Shown piece after piece: positions 1 to 9,045 of a stretch of DNA of 64,000 nucleotides. Each line of letters starts with the position of its first letter. Positions within the stretch are counted from its first letter, which is position 1. The stretch lies in the sequence record LR745208.1, one strand, 5' to 3'. The notes below the pieces were generated by a model that saw only the letters and a program-made list of their open reading frames with translations, made no database searches and was not told the DNA's origin. A program made the translations under genes and the position numbers.

Positions 1-363
1 CGGAAGGGTGGTGTCCCACCTGACACCGAGGATGGCTAGGTGGTGGCAGATCGTACCAGCAACCCGGCACCACACCTTGGCTTGGTTCAGGTGATTGAGG
101 CGGGTCTCTTCCCTACGTGCGTTGACGATTGGGTCCTCATGGTGCTCCAAGTGGTCAAAGAACTCGGCATTGCTGGCGGCTTCCTTCTGCTTGTGCATTG
201 CCTCCCGGGCCAGTGCAATCAGGAACTCCTCATGGGACAGCATTGCTGGAGCCCGTGTCAGGCGTTCCGCTGCTTGAACGATTTCCTGGTTGGGGACAAA
301 GGGGATCTGGAGTGTCACCACTGGTTCCTTGAAGGGAGCAAATGGATCAGGCATCTTGGGCAT
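1..363 (-). CDS. Hypothetical protein, partial (runs off the left edge)
   Basis: Manual translation from ATG at 363 (MPKMPDPFAPFKEPVVTLQIPF...) stays open to position 1; overlaps the end of 347..1219. Confidence 0.6.
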   Translation of the reverse strand, partial: MPKMPDPFAPFKEPVVTLQIPFVPNQEIVQAAERLTRAPAMLSHEEFLIALAREAMHKQKEAASNAEFFDHLEHHEDPIVNARREETRLNHLNQAKVWCRVAGTICHHLAILGVRWDTTLP

Positions 364-1219
364 TCCGTTCATTACGCAACTCCTGCAATTCCCGTTCGTA
401 GTTGGCCAGCATTTTTTCGTACCTCTGGATCCTCAAATTGGCAATGTCCAGGTCATCATACTGCCTTGGTAGGCAATACCGACAGGCCCCACAGGGGCCG
501 TTCCCTGCTGCCTGCTCCTCCTCACATGCTTTGCCGGACCAGACATGGATTTCGGTTCGGGCTGCCTCAAGCTCTTGCGTGAGTCGTGCGACATCTTTGC
601 GAAGCAGGTTTCTCTCACCCCGCGCCATTGCAAGGGATCCCTCACTCGCCTCCGCACGCCACGTCATGCTCTCAAGATTTGCAAGAAGGGATGGGATTCT
701 CGGCAGGACCAGTACTGCATAGCTGGCCTGTTCATGTCGGTCTTTGGCCTGAAGGGCGGCATTGAGATCCTTGCGGAGTTCAGTCAAGCATTGTAGCCCA
801 CCACACCCCGGAGTCTCATCAGATGTGTGCCCACAGCCACATGGCTCCCCGCCCATCTGTTCCTCCCGGAATGCCTTGGCGGACTCAGGACTGGGCTCAG
901 GGATAGGATGGTGAACCTTCTCGTAGGCGTCCACCACTTCAGCAAGGATCTGTAGACGCTCGAAGGCTGGCGTGCCTGGAGGGGCCTCCCAGAGGCGTTC
1001 TACCTCATGAAGCGCCGCCGCATGCTCGGTGTCATTGGTGATGCCCTCCAGTACAGGTTCCACCTTGGACTCATGGAGCCACACCGTGACTGGTCCTACA
1101 AGCTCACGCCACTCGACCTGCACCATCTCACCCCGGAGGGCGGTCACTTTGCCAGTGTAGGTGGGTCGAGGCCAATGCTCAACATGGAACCTAACTTGGT
1201 CACCTATCTTGTGGGCCAT
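347..1219 (-). CDS. Mosaic protein: SH3-like N-terminus, HigA-like antitoxin N-terminal segment, coiled coil
   Basis: ITNDTEHAAALHEVERLWEAPPGTPAFERLQILAEVVDAYEKVHHPIPEP resembles the N-terminal helical region of HigA (COG5499-type) antitoxins; no HTH follows. Confidence 0.6.
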   Translation of the reverse strand: MAHKIGDQVRFHVEHWPRPTYTGKVTALRGEMVQVEWRELVGPVTVWLHESKVEPVLEGITNDTEHAAALHEVERLWEAPPGTPAFERLQILAEVVDAYEKVHHPIPEPSPESAKAFREEQMGGEPCGCGHTSDETPGCGGLQCLTELRKDLNAALQAKDRHEQASYAVLVLPRIPSLLANLESMTWRAEASEGSLAMARGERNLLRKDVARLTQELEAARTEIHVWSGKACEEEQAAGNGPCGACRYCLPRQYDDLDIANLRIQRYEKMLANYERELQELRNERNAQDA

Positions 1220-1222
1220 GCC

Positions 1223-1471
1223 TTACTTACGCCCCGACACCCCAGAGTTGGGCCACGAATGCACCAAGCAGACCTGTTCCCAGCCCTTGCTCCTTGGGGG
1301 AGGGGCGTCACATTCGATGCAGTAGGGTTTGACCCGGCGTGACTCCGGTGGCCTATTGATGACCATACGTGTGGTGTCACGCTCTTTGGTTGCGGTTAGG
1401 GCCCTAACCTCGGTGGCAGACTCCTGGAGCAAGTCATTCAGGTCGTACCAGTCCCAACGGTCTATCACCAT
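1223..1471 (-). CDS. Small hypothetical protein
   Basis: ATG lies just inside the end of the release-factor gene; CxxC motif. Confidence 0.55.
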   Translation of the reverse strand: MVIDRWDWYDLNDLLQESATEVRALTATKERDTTRMVINRPPESRRVKPYCIECDAPPPRSKGWEQVCLVHSWPNSGVSGRK

Positions 1472-2122
1472 TCACCCCGCATGTATGCCTTCAGGTTCCA
1501 TTTGGTACCAAGAATGTGATCCGTTACAACTCCGTCCTGCATCCTGACTGTCCTTCTCTTATCCGCTTTGGATCCCGCCCCAACCTGTTGCTTACGGTCG
1601 GCTGCCCGGGTTGACGTGGCCTGGGTGTTCGCAGCCTCCCAGAGGCGTGCCCGTAGTAGGGACAGGGCAGATGCCAAGTTCTGCTTCTGGCTACGCTCGG
1701 TCTGGCATCGAACCATGAGCCCTGTAGGCAAATGTCTTACTTGTACGGCGCTATCAGTAGTGTTGACTCCTTGTCCGCCACATCCGCTCGCTCTCGTAGC
1801 TGCCCATTCAATATCCTGGGGCCGAATCACGAGTTGGGTCTCGTTCGGAGGTTCAAGGGTTGCCACCGTAATTGTGCTACTGTGGATTCTCCCATTGCTG
1901 GTCCGCTGCACCCTGTGGCCACCTGCCTCATTGGCGAAGGCATCCTTGGCGCCCTTCCCTGATACCTCTATGATGCACAGCCCTGGGGATTGCTCAATGA
2001 TAGCAAGGTCAAAGACCCCTCCGCAGCCCCCGCTTGGTATAGATGCCGAGGTACACATTCACTAAGTCCTTGGCGTCTGAGCCACCTTCGGCCGCTCTGA
2101 TTTCAACAATGATGGTTTCCAT
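1465..2122 (-). CDS. Class I release factor-like protein (RF1-like, no domain 1, PxT loop deleted), made via a +1 programmed frameshift; about 218 aa
   Basis: ORF1 2122-2009 METIIVEIRAAEGGSDAKDL...RRGL* (SD AAGGA) matches the start of RF domain 2. The +1 frame continues DLAII...EAGGHRVQR...GGQGVNTTDSAV...HLPTG...ERSQ...VTDH. Confidence 0.9.
2008..2022 (-). promoter_or_regulatory. prfB-type +1 ribosomal frameshift signal
   Basis: Minus strand reads GGAGG GGT CTT TGA C: internal SD, 3-nt spacer, CUU-UGA-C shift site, as in RF2 genes. Confidence 0.85.
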
Positions 2123-2131
2123 GGTGTGTCC

Positions 2132-2650
2132 TTACTTTACCCGGGTTTCGATAGTCAGCTTACTGAGTTGTTGGCCCTCAGGGCACAAAGTACCCTTCTG
2201 GCATGCCTGACAGGCGTGGCAATGTTTGAGTAGTTCCTGTGCTGATTTGAGAACCTCTGTGGATCCCGTGAAGAGTTTGTCAAAGGTGGCTTGGGCCTCC
2301 TGGAAGAAGGTGGCTGACGTGATGTTTATGTGGTTGGAGAACTCCTGCCATTTCTTCGGGAATGCTTGGAGGGACTCCTGGTCAATGACCCATGAGGTTG
2401 TGGTTCGCTCGGTGTAGGTTGTGGTCCTATCCGTGATGTATTCTGTGGCTTGGGCCTCTGGTTCCTCTGGGGCTGGCTCTAGCTCCGGGAAGAGAAGCTG
2501 GGTACCACACCTTGGGCAGTTGGGATATTGGTATTGAAATGGGCTGTCAGGCCAATAATCCCCCCTGTCTGTCTTGTGCCCGAATACACGGCACCACCAA
2601 GGGATTCTCTTGGGGGGTTGGTGAGATGGGTCTCGGTAGGGGTGGTTCAC
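2132..2650 (-). CDS. Hypothetical protein (WCxxFGHK and CxxC motifs)
   Basis: Fits the minus-strand gene run; 9 nt before the RF start. Confidence 0.6.
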   Translation of the reverse strand: MNHPYRDPSHQPPKRIPWWCRVFGHKTDRGDYWPDSPFQYQYPNCPRCGTQLLFPELEPAPEEPEAQATEYITDRTTTYTERTTTSWVIDQESLQAFPKKWQEFSNHINITSATFFQEAQATFDKLFTGSTEVLKSAQELLKHCHACQACQKGTLCPEGQQLSKLTIETRVK

Positions 2651-2699
2651 GTGGCAGTTACGCCAATCCTCGGTTTATACCCACCCCTACGTAGAGACC

Positions 2700-3779
2700 A
2701 TGTCAACCAACCTTGTAGACCGATATATTGGAGCCATCAAGGTTGCGGACCGGTTCCTGACCGCCAAGGAATTCACAGACCCCAGGGGCCTGTTTGAGGC
2801 ATACCAGATGGCCTTGGAGGATTTACGGAAAGAGGTACCACTGTCCCTGGCGGAGCCCCGTCGGAGACTCATTGTGGGGCACTACTGGCAACGAGTGATT
2901 CGGGCGGGCAGGGCCTTGTCCGAGTGGGTGATCCAGACCCGGTCGATCCCGGCGGGGAAGACCAAGGCCCTTGAGTTGACGGCCAGGGTCTTCAATGCCC
3001 AACGTACCTCAGATGTCCCGGGCTGGTTCGAGAAAAACCAGAAGGCGTTGGCCTTCCTGACTGAGGCAGCCTCATGGGGAGAGAAGGATGCCAGTGCAGA
3101 GGGTGGGTTGGAGCTAGCCATGGTGGGACCGTTCAAGGTCCACAACACCATTGGGGCAGATGCAAAGCAGTTCAAGGAGCTACAAGGTCTAGTTGAGAGT
3201 GCTGCCAAGGCATTGAACACAACCCGAGACTTCAAGAAGACCCTTTATGGGGACGTGTTTGTGGTGGGTCAGATAGCCAGTTCCCGCTATGCAGCTTGGT
3301 ACAACATCAAAGGGGACGATGTGTACCTCCGGTCTATGGCCAAGAAGGGCGTGGACGACCTACAGAGCTTGATCCACGAGCTAGGTCACAGGTACTTCAA
3401 GCGGTTCACAACCCCTGTCCAGCGGTCAATGGTCCACAGGCTGTTCTCAAGGTTGTCCTACAAATCAGTTGAGGTAGAGGAGCCCAAGGTGGGGGACATC
3501 TTCCCTTTGCCCATCCATGGCCTGAAGGGGAAGGTCATTACCATTACCAGCATGGAGGGGAACACAGTAGGGATCTCAACTGGTGGGTCTGTCAAACGAG
3601 ATTCCATGATGCAACTGCTAAAGCAGAATGCCAGGAACTCAGCCCACTTCCCCTCCAGCTATGCCTCCAAGGACCCTGAGGAGTTCTTCTCAGAGTGCTT
3701 CGCATTCTTCACAATGGGCAAGCTCAAACCGGATCTAGCCGAGTCGTTTCAGCAGTGTCTGGATGAGGCCCTGGTTTAG
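2700..3779 (+). CDS. Zincin-like metallopeptidase domain protein
   Basis: LIHELGHRYF (HExxH) and downstream YASKDPEEFFSECF third-ligand motif; the only plus-strand gene left of 44.7 kb. Confidence 0.75.
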   Translation: MSTNLVDRYIGAIKVADRFLTAKEFTDPRGLFEAYQMALEDLRKEVPLSLAEPRRRLIVGHYWQRVIRAGRALSEWVIQTRSIPAGKTKALELTARVFNAQRTSDVPGWFEKNQKALAFLTEAASWGEKDASAEGGLELAMVGPFKVHNTIGADAKQFKELQGLVESAAKALNTTRDFKKTLYGDVFVVGQIASSRYAAWYNIKGDDVYLRSMAKKGVDDLQSLIHELGHRYFKRFTTPVQRSMVHRLFSRLSYKSVEVEEPKVGDIFPLPIHGLKGKVITITSMEGNTVGISTGGSVKRDSMMQLLKQNARNSAHFPSSYASKDPEEFFSECFAFFTMGKLKPDLAESFQQCLDEALV

Positions 3780-4645
3780 CGGCGCCTCTCCAAAACCTCT
3801 ATACGACGTTCCAAGTCCTGTTCCCTTTTGGTGGCTTGTAGCCTCTGACGCAGAGAGGCAAATGCTTCTACTTCCAGCATGGCTTCCTCCTTGTCGGGGA
3901 AGGTGACGCTGGATCCAGCATCCCAGGTGCCCGTACGGCAACGCCAGAACCAGAATTCTCCTGAGCTATATACCTCCAGATTCAGGTCCTCATCCATGAT
4001 GGCTTGGTACCTCCGGTGCTCTGGAAAGCCATCGGAGGGTGGCCGGGAGACATCCTCCCATTCCAATGTTGTGGTTGGTTTAAGGTTCTCGTGCTCGAAT
4101 ATCTCTACAGGAACCTTTCCAAACAGGTTTGGCCTTCCCACATCCATGTCGAAGTTGTAGGGACGGTACTCTGCGTCCTCCTCCCCGTCATCATTAATCC
4201 GCACCTGCCACGGGTTAGTGTTTACGGAGGTCTGGTTGAAACAAGCCCCACGAAATGAAGTGTCCTGTGCCAGTTTTCGCAGAACACTGACAATACCTGG
4301 AATGGTGGCAGTGACCTTCCATTTCTCGCCCGTGTACTTGGATGTGGCTTGATGGTGGTGCTCCCAGAAGGTGTCCAGGGCCGCACACACTCGGGAGAGG
4401 TTCTCTCGCTTGATCCAGGTGCCATCCCTCGTGAAGTCCAGGGCGATGTGCTCCCACTCCTCCATTTGTCTGGCAGGGAGTTGGAAAAGTTCCTTGTAGC
4501 CATTCATCAGGTTGGCTTTGGGGGTGTGTTTCTGACTCAGGCATTCCCAGATATGCAGGGCTCCAGCACATGCATTGTGGACATCCCCATCATAGAAGCA
4601 TACCTCTCCATTGTGTCTAATGGCATAGATCTCAACGTGGCTCAT
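3776..4645 (-). CDS. Hypothetical protein
   Basis: 289 aa ORF; ATGA overlap with the upstream gene. Confidence 0.7.
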   Translation of the reverse strand: MSHVEIYAIRHNGEVCFYDGDVHNACAGALHIWECLSQKHTPKANLMNGYKELFQLPARQMEEWEHIALDFTRDGTWIKRENLSRVCAALDTFWEHHHQATSKYTGEKWKVTATIPGIVSVLRKLAQDTSFRGACFNQTSVNTNPWQVRINDDGEEDAEYRPYNFDMDVGRPNLFGKVPVEIFEHENLKPTTTLEWEDVSRPPSDGFPEHRRYQAIMDEDLNLEVYSSGEFWFWRCRTGTWDAGSSVTFPDKEEAMLEVEAFASLRQRLQATKREQDLERRIEVLERRR

Positions 4646-5583
4646 GGAACCACCTTGGCGGTTGCCATCAACTTTTCGTTGTCTTCCTTCAGGGAAGCTA
4701 GGTGCTGTTCACTGTGGGTGAGGGCAAGGCGCAATGCCTCTTCATCGGTAGCCCCCTCGCCCTTGACCCACTTCCCACATGGGTGGGTCAGCAACCAGAA
4801 TGTGTGGAATTCCCTTCTCGTGGTAGTCATTGTGGACAGCAACCGTCCATCCCTCAGCACGCAGGGCAGCAAGTCGAGTGCTGGCCGTGTCCCGGATGGG
4901 AAGGCTTCCGCGAACTTGTTGAAGGCGTCCTGCTCCCGGTCAGGCCCATCCACATGGGCCAGCATGTAGCTGTGGGCACATGTCCCCGACACGGGGATCC
5001 CATACAGGTACCCAGCATCCTCAAAGGAGGTGTTTTTGCACCCGGCAATGTAGGCGGCTCTGGAGGCATACTCGGCCGCAGCCGGGTCAATTCGACGGGC
5101 ACCAAACTCGGACACGGGAAGTCCCTGTGCGGCCAGGACTACACGGGCAGCTTTGCTGGCGACCTTGGTCTCGTGGTTGATCACACCGAGCATGAAGGTT
5201 TCGAGGATCTGTGCCTCCCCCAGGGAGGCCTCCACGCGCAGGATAGGCTCCCCCCCGAAGGCAATCTGCCCCTCCAGCATCGAGTCAACGTTCCCAGTGA
5301 ACCGGTAGTGGCGGAGGTAGCTGACCATCTCTGTGGTCATCACATCCTTGAGCCCAGGTGCCCCACACAGGTAGTCGATGTCCTGTTCATCGAACCCAAG
5401 ATGCCAGATGTAGTCAGAGATCCTGTCAATGCCCACTACCAGCATGAAGTTGCGGTGCTTGGGGAGCTTGCGTACGTAAAGCTCGAAGACTGCTCGCCTG
5501 TCCGCGATCCCCTCGCGCAAGTAGGCACCAAGCATGGCCAGTTCGTATCGGTCCGTCATCAACGCAGAATGCATGTTCAACAA
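4642..5583 (-). pseudogene. pncB: Nicotinate phosphoribosyltransferase, C-terminally truncated and fused to an unrelated gene
   Basis: LMTDRYELAM, AVFELYVRKLP, EAQILET, SEFGARR, AYIAG, GTCAHSY motifs; similarity stops at AFPSG (about aa 235), before the LVDTYD region. Confidence 0.8.
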
Positions 5584-5633
5584 TTCCGTTCAGGGTGGGT
5601 CAGGTTACGTCATCCAGCTCGCTGGGAAGGCTA

Positions 5634-5822
5634 TCAGTTCAGTTTCGGGTTCTTGCGGAGTTGTTTGATCGCAGTTCGTGCATTGGCTATCTGCCAAGCC
5701 TCTTTTGCTGATCCCTCAACTTGATTCGGGCTCTTACAGAGCCAGCATTGAGGACCTTGCGTGGCCGCATAGATGGCCCCACAGGCTTGGCAGTATTGAA
5801 CGATGTCATCTGGCTTGGTCAT
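5634..5822 (-). CDS. Small Zn-ribbon hypothetical protein
   Basis: CxxC...CxxC. Confidence 0.55.
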   Translation of the reverse strand: MTKPDDIVQYCQACGAIYAATQGPQCWLCKSPNQVEGSAKEAWQIANARTAIKQLRKNPKLN

Positions 5823-5847
5823 GCCTGTACTCTACAGCGGATAGGGC

Positions 5848-6402
5848 TCAGGGCGAGTCCTCTTCGAGAAGGATGCTAGGATCGAAGTTGGTCATTCGTG
5901 TCATTCGTTTGGCCCGACGCCGTGCCGTATAGGCGTCGAGTCGTTGTGCATATTCCAGTGGTAGGTCCGTAAGGTCCGACCATTTGGTGGGCTCTTCGTG
6001 GCTGGCAATGTCCTCCTCAATCAGATCAACATAGTATTGGATGCGCAACTCTTTTCCGGTTGGGCGGTGATCCATCATTTCCTCGGCCAAGTCCCAGCTG
6101 GTCACATCGTCTGACTTCTTGGGGGCCTGCAAGCCAAGCCCGTCGCTTTTGGGACTGTGGGATTCTGCGTCCGGAGCACTGAGCTCCCCTTTGGCGTCCG
6201 CCACGAACAGCAGGAAGACGGCAACGTTGGCCGCCTCTTCCAGGATCCGGTTGGCATCCCCAACATGGACCGCGCCTCGAAGGTCAAACAGCTTGTCTGA
6301 TACCCGCCCCAGGAGATGCTCATAGCTATCCCCCGGCTTGCGTGCATTGCGGTCCATGGCGACCTCTATTGCCGAAGCGAAGTGATGTACTTTTGGATTC
6401 AT
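5848..6402 (-). CDS. Hypothetical protein with a possible MazG-like helical N-terminus
   Basis: ILEEAANVAVFLLFVAD resembles the EaaDva motif of all-alpha NTP pyrophosphatases; weak match. Confidence 0.45.
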   Translation of the reverse strand: MNPKVHHFASAIEVAMDRNARKPGDSYEHLLGRVSDKLFDLRGAVHVGDANRILEEAANVAVFLLFVADAKGELSAPDAESHSPKSDGLGLQAPKKSDDVTSWDLAEEMMDHRPTGKELRIQYYVDLIEEDIASHEEPTKWSDLTDLPLEYAQRLDAYTARRRAKRMTRMTNFDPSILLEEDSP

Positions 6403-6731
6403 TCCTCAATCTCCTCAACCATCAGGTTTACACACCGCCCTCGGCCCAGAGCTGTTTCGGCATCCGGACCATACGGGAAGCACATGTCAAGTTGCATTTT
6501 GGAGGGCCAAATCATTGTGTATGTGTCTGGTTTCTTCGTGTCCAACCAGCCCCAGTAGTTGGACTCCGGGTCGCCATCTATCCGCTCACGAACCCGCAAG
6601 GGAACAATGGGCTTGTTCACCCCATGGATCTCTACCCACCACTGATTGGGGCTCAGGTGGAAGTACCACACCTTGCCCTCTTGGCTTGTGTCCTTGTGGC
6701 CATAGTAGATTGGTTCGTTGGGGGGGATCAT
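6399..6731 (-). CDS. Hypothetical protein
   Basis: Stop overlaps the next start. Confidence 0.65.
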   Translation of the reverse strand: MIPPNEPIYYGHKDTSQEGKVWYFHLSPNQWWVEIHGVNKPIVPLRVRERIDGDPESNYWGWLDTKKPDTYTMIWPSKMQLDMCFPYGPDAETALGRGRCVNLMVEEIEE

Positions 6732-6851
6732 GCGATATTACTCTGCGCGTCCCAGATTAGAGCCAGCTCCTGTTGAGCTAGGAGGGATTTGAGCTGCTTG
6801 ATCATGAGCTTCCGGTCAATGGCCCCAGTTGGCTCAATCTCATGTCTCCCC

Positions 6852-7103
6852 TCAGCACAACTGAAGACCGGCGTCAATGAAGTCTTGCAAGGTCATCGTC
6901 TTGAGGCGGTCCACAGGGATTGGGGCAATGACCTTGGCATTGTCGGAGTGCTCACTTGGGGAGCTCATGCGGCGCCCAAGCTGAAGCTCCGTGAAGATGA
7001 AGAAGTGCGGAAATGCCTCACGGTCGAAGTTGTCAGGGTCCGGTGGGACCAGCATCCCGGCATCCTCAGCGACGCCAACTAGCATTCCTGGAAAAGCGAG
7101 CAT
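6852..7103 (-). CDS. Hypothetical protein
   Basis: SD-like GGAG upstream; may continue to about 6728 through a frameshift. Confidence 0.45.
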   Translation of the reverse strand: MLAFPGMLVGVAEDAGMLVPPDPDNFDREAFPHFFIFTELQLGRRMSSPSEHSDNAKVIAPIPVDRLKTMTLQDFIDAGLQLC

Positions 7104-7140
7104 GCGTTACTTACTCCTTGGCAGATATAGATTGTCAATA

Positions 7141-7590
7141 TTACTCCTGCTTGGGGATATTGGGTTCGTCCTTGTCCCCATGGTGCGGAGGTGACCGGTA
7201 GGGACCCTGGCCGGGCATCTTCTGAACCTTCTCAAACCAGAACCGGGCCTTTCGGACCAGATAGGTTACCCCCATGTCAACATGCACCACAATCCACCGG
7301 GGTGCCGTGAACACCAGAAAGGCGAGTCCCCCCAGGACCAACCAGCATCCCACCTTGTAGAGCAAGGTGCAGACCCCATAAATGGGTGCTATGGGCCAGA
7401 AAAGGGCCATGAAGATACGGTCTACATGCACATTGGCTCTGTCAGGTTCGCCAAAAGTCATGTCACAACGCTCGTAGACCCTGAAGCTAGCATGGGCTGA
7501 CATCACATAGAAGGCAAGCACCAGGAGGGAGCCCACACGATGATGCCACAACCAAACCGTTAGGTTCCACGGATTATCCCACGGCCCCAC
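7141..7590 (-). CDS. Membrane protein
   Basis: Two or three hydrophobic segments; GPYRS motif in the tail. Confidence 0.65.
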   Translation of the reverse strand: MGPWDNPWNLTVWLWHHRVGSLLVLAFYVMSAHASFRVYERCDMTFGEPDRANVHVDRIFMALFWPIAPIYGVCTLLYKVGCWLVLGGLAFLVFTAPRWIVVHVDMGVTYLVRKARFWFEKVQKMPGQGPYRSPPHHGDKDEPNIPKQE

Positions 7591-7592
7591 GG

Positions 7593-7802
7593 CTACTTAC
7601 CCTTCTTGACAGGGCGTTCCACCACGGTCAGGGTAGCCTTGGTCTTGGCTTGGACCATTGCACAGTCCTTCTCCGCTGCACTGCGGATGTGGTACTGGTC
7701 TGCCTCATCAAGGTCTCGGACCCACTCAGAAGCAACCCCCTCATCGTCGCTGCACCACCACTCGGAACGGCCCCGGTCTTTGCGTTCAATCAGAAAACTC
7801 AT
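7593..7802 (-). CDS. Hypothetical protein
   Basis: Tight head-to-tail packing. Confidence 0.6.
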   Translation of the reverse strand: MSFLIERKDRGRSEWWCSDDEGVASEWVRDLDEADQYHIRSAAEKDCAMVQAKTKATLTVVERPVKKGK

Positions 7803-7809
7803 CGTTTTG

Positions 7810-8058
7810 TTACCACTTTGGTGGGGTTGGAAGTTCGGGATAGGGCTCGGACCACCACCAGCCCGCCCATTGACGGCCCTGATGGATCAGCTCAAACACC
7901 GAGACGACCACCAAGGGATTTCTTGGGTCCTGGACCACAGCTTGATCTCTGGCCCTCTCCCTAAGTCTGTCGGCCGTGGGGTAGTTACCCACTTTGCCGG
8001 GCATTTCTGTTTGCCAATGTCCCTTGGCAAACTTTTCCCAGGGACTCACGCGAACCAC
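7810..8058 (-). CDS. Hypothetical protein
   Basis: Tight head-to-tail packing. Confidence 0.55.
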   Translation of the reverse strand: MVRVSPWEKFAKGHWQTEMPGKVGNYPTADRLRERARDQAVVQDPRNPLVVVSVFELIHQGRQWAGWWWSEPYPELPTPPKW

Positions 8059-8468
8059 CGTGAGCCAATCTTGGAGGTCTTCAGCAGGATTTTGGCAATC
8101 CCGGCGGAGTCCGTGACTGCCCCAACTGCCAGGGCCTTGAGAAACTCCTCTCGCATGTCATCTTCAACCCCATGGGCGGCCTCGGAATCGTTCTTGAGGC
8201 GCTTGACCTTGGCTACCTGCTTGCGAGCCCAGCCCAGTGTGAGCACCTTGGGAGCCTTCTTCACCAACTCCAGGCATCCCGGGTTAAACACCCCCAGTCC
8301 CATCGGGAACCTGACACAAACTGAAGTGGGCTCAACCTTTGTGATGGTCCCAATATCTCCTACGGTCAAGTCTCCGCTGTAGACGGTCCCACTATGGTCC
8401 AGGTCGCTCAAGCATACCTGATCCCCAACAGTGAACTTGAATGCCTTGATCTTCTTCGACATTTCCAA
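8046..8468 (-). CDS. Hypothetical protein with SH3/KOW-like N-terminus
   Basis: FTVGDQVCL...GDIGTITKV. Confidence 0.65.
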   Translation of the reverse strand: MEMSKKIKAFKFTVGDQVCLSDLDHSGTVYSGDLTVGDIGTITKVEPTSVCVRFPMGLGVFNPGCLELVKKAPKVLTLGWARKQVAKVKRLKNDSEAAHGVEDDMREEFLKALAVGAVTDSAGIAKILLKTSKIGSRWFA

Positions 8469-8478
8469 TCCCTTTCAA

Positions 8479-8988
8479 TTACGCTCCGAAGATGTCTCGG
8501 AGTGCTTCATGGAGCTTGCGGGCCTGTTCCTCAGTACACCGGGTGTGTCGGACTTCGATGGCCATTTCTCCCTGGCTGTCGATACAGGTGTTTCCCCTGC
8601 CCCCGGCAAACTCCTTGTTGAGGGCAGCCACAAGGGGCGCGACAGTCATTCTGGCATCAGCGGCCTTCTGGTTCATGGCCCTTTTGGCCAACTCGCTGGC
8701 TACGAACTGCTCGGTCTCCCCGACGATCTTGGGGACGTTGAACCCCGTCTTGGGCTCCGGAAACATGCGCTTGCTGCCATAACACCCGAAGTGGATCCGA
8801 AGCTTGTCCTTGCCCCGGTAGGGCCAGCTGGTACTTTGGTCCTCCTTGAGTTGGAACTGGATGTTGATTCCGTCAACGGTGACCCCACGCCAATCGTCAA
8901 CCTCCACCTTGTGGCCATTTGTGGTGAGGGTGGCAATAAGGGCCACTCGGACCTGGGTGATACGTTCGTTGGCAGTGGTGGTGCTCAT
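8479..8988 (-). CDS. Hypothetical protein, first gene after a sigma28-like promoter
   Basis: ATG 8988 with SD AGGA just downstream of the promoter motif. Confidence 0.7.
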   Translation of the reverse strand: MSTTTANERITQVRVALIATLTTNGHKVEVDDWRGVTVDGINIQFQLKEDQSTSWPYRGKDKLRIHFGCYGSKRMFPEPKTGFNVPKIVGETEQFVASELAKRAMNQKAADARMTVAPLVAALNKEFAGGRGNTCIDSQGEMAIEVRHTRCTEEQARKLHEALRDIFGA

Positions 8989-9007
8989 GTTCGACTTCCT
9001 ACACACC

Positions 9008-9034
9008 CTATCGGCACAGCCAGGGCAAGTTTTA
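9008..9034 (-). promoter_or_regulatory. Sigma28/FliA-like repeated promoter
   Basis: TAAA-ACTTGCCCTGGCTGT-GCCGATAG. Confidence 0.8.
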
Positions 9035-9045
9035 GTGAAATCAGC

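Noticed and set aside
7110-7140. TTGACA upstream of 6852..7103
   Set aside because: No -10 element at 16-18 nt spacing
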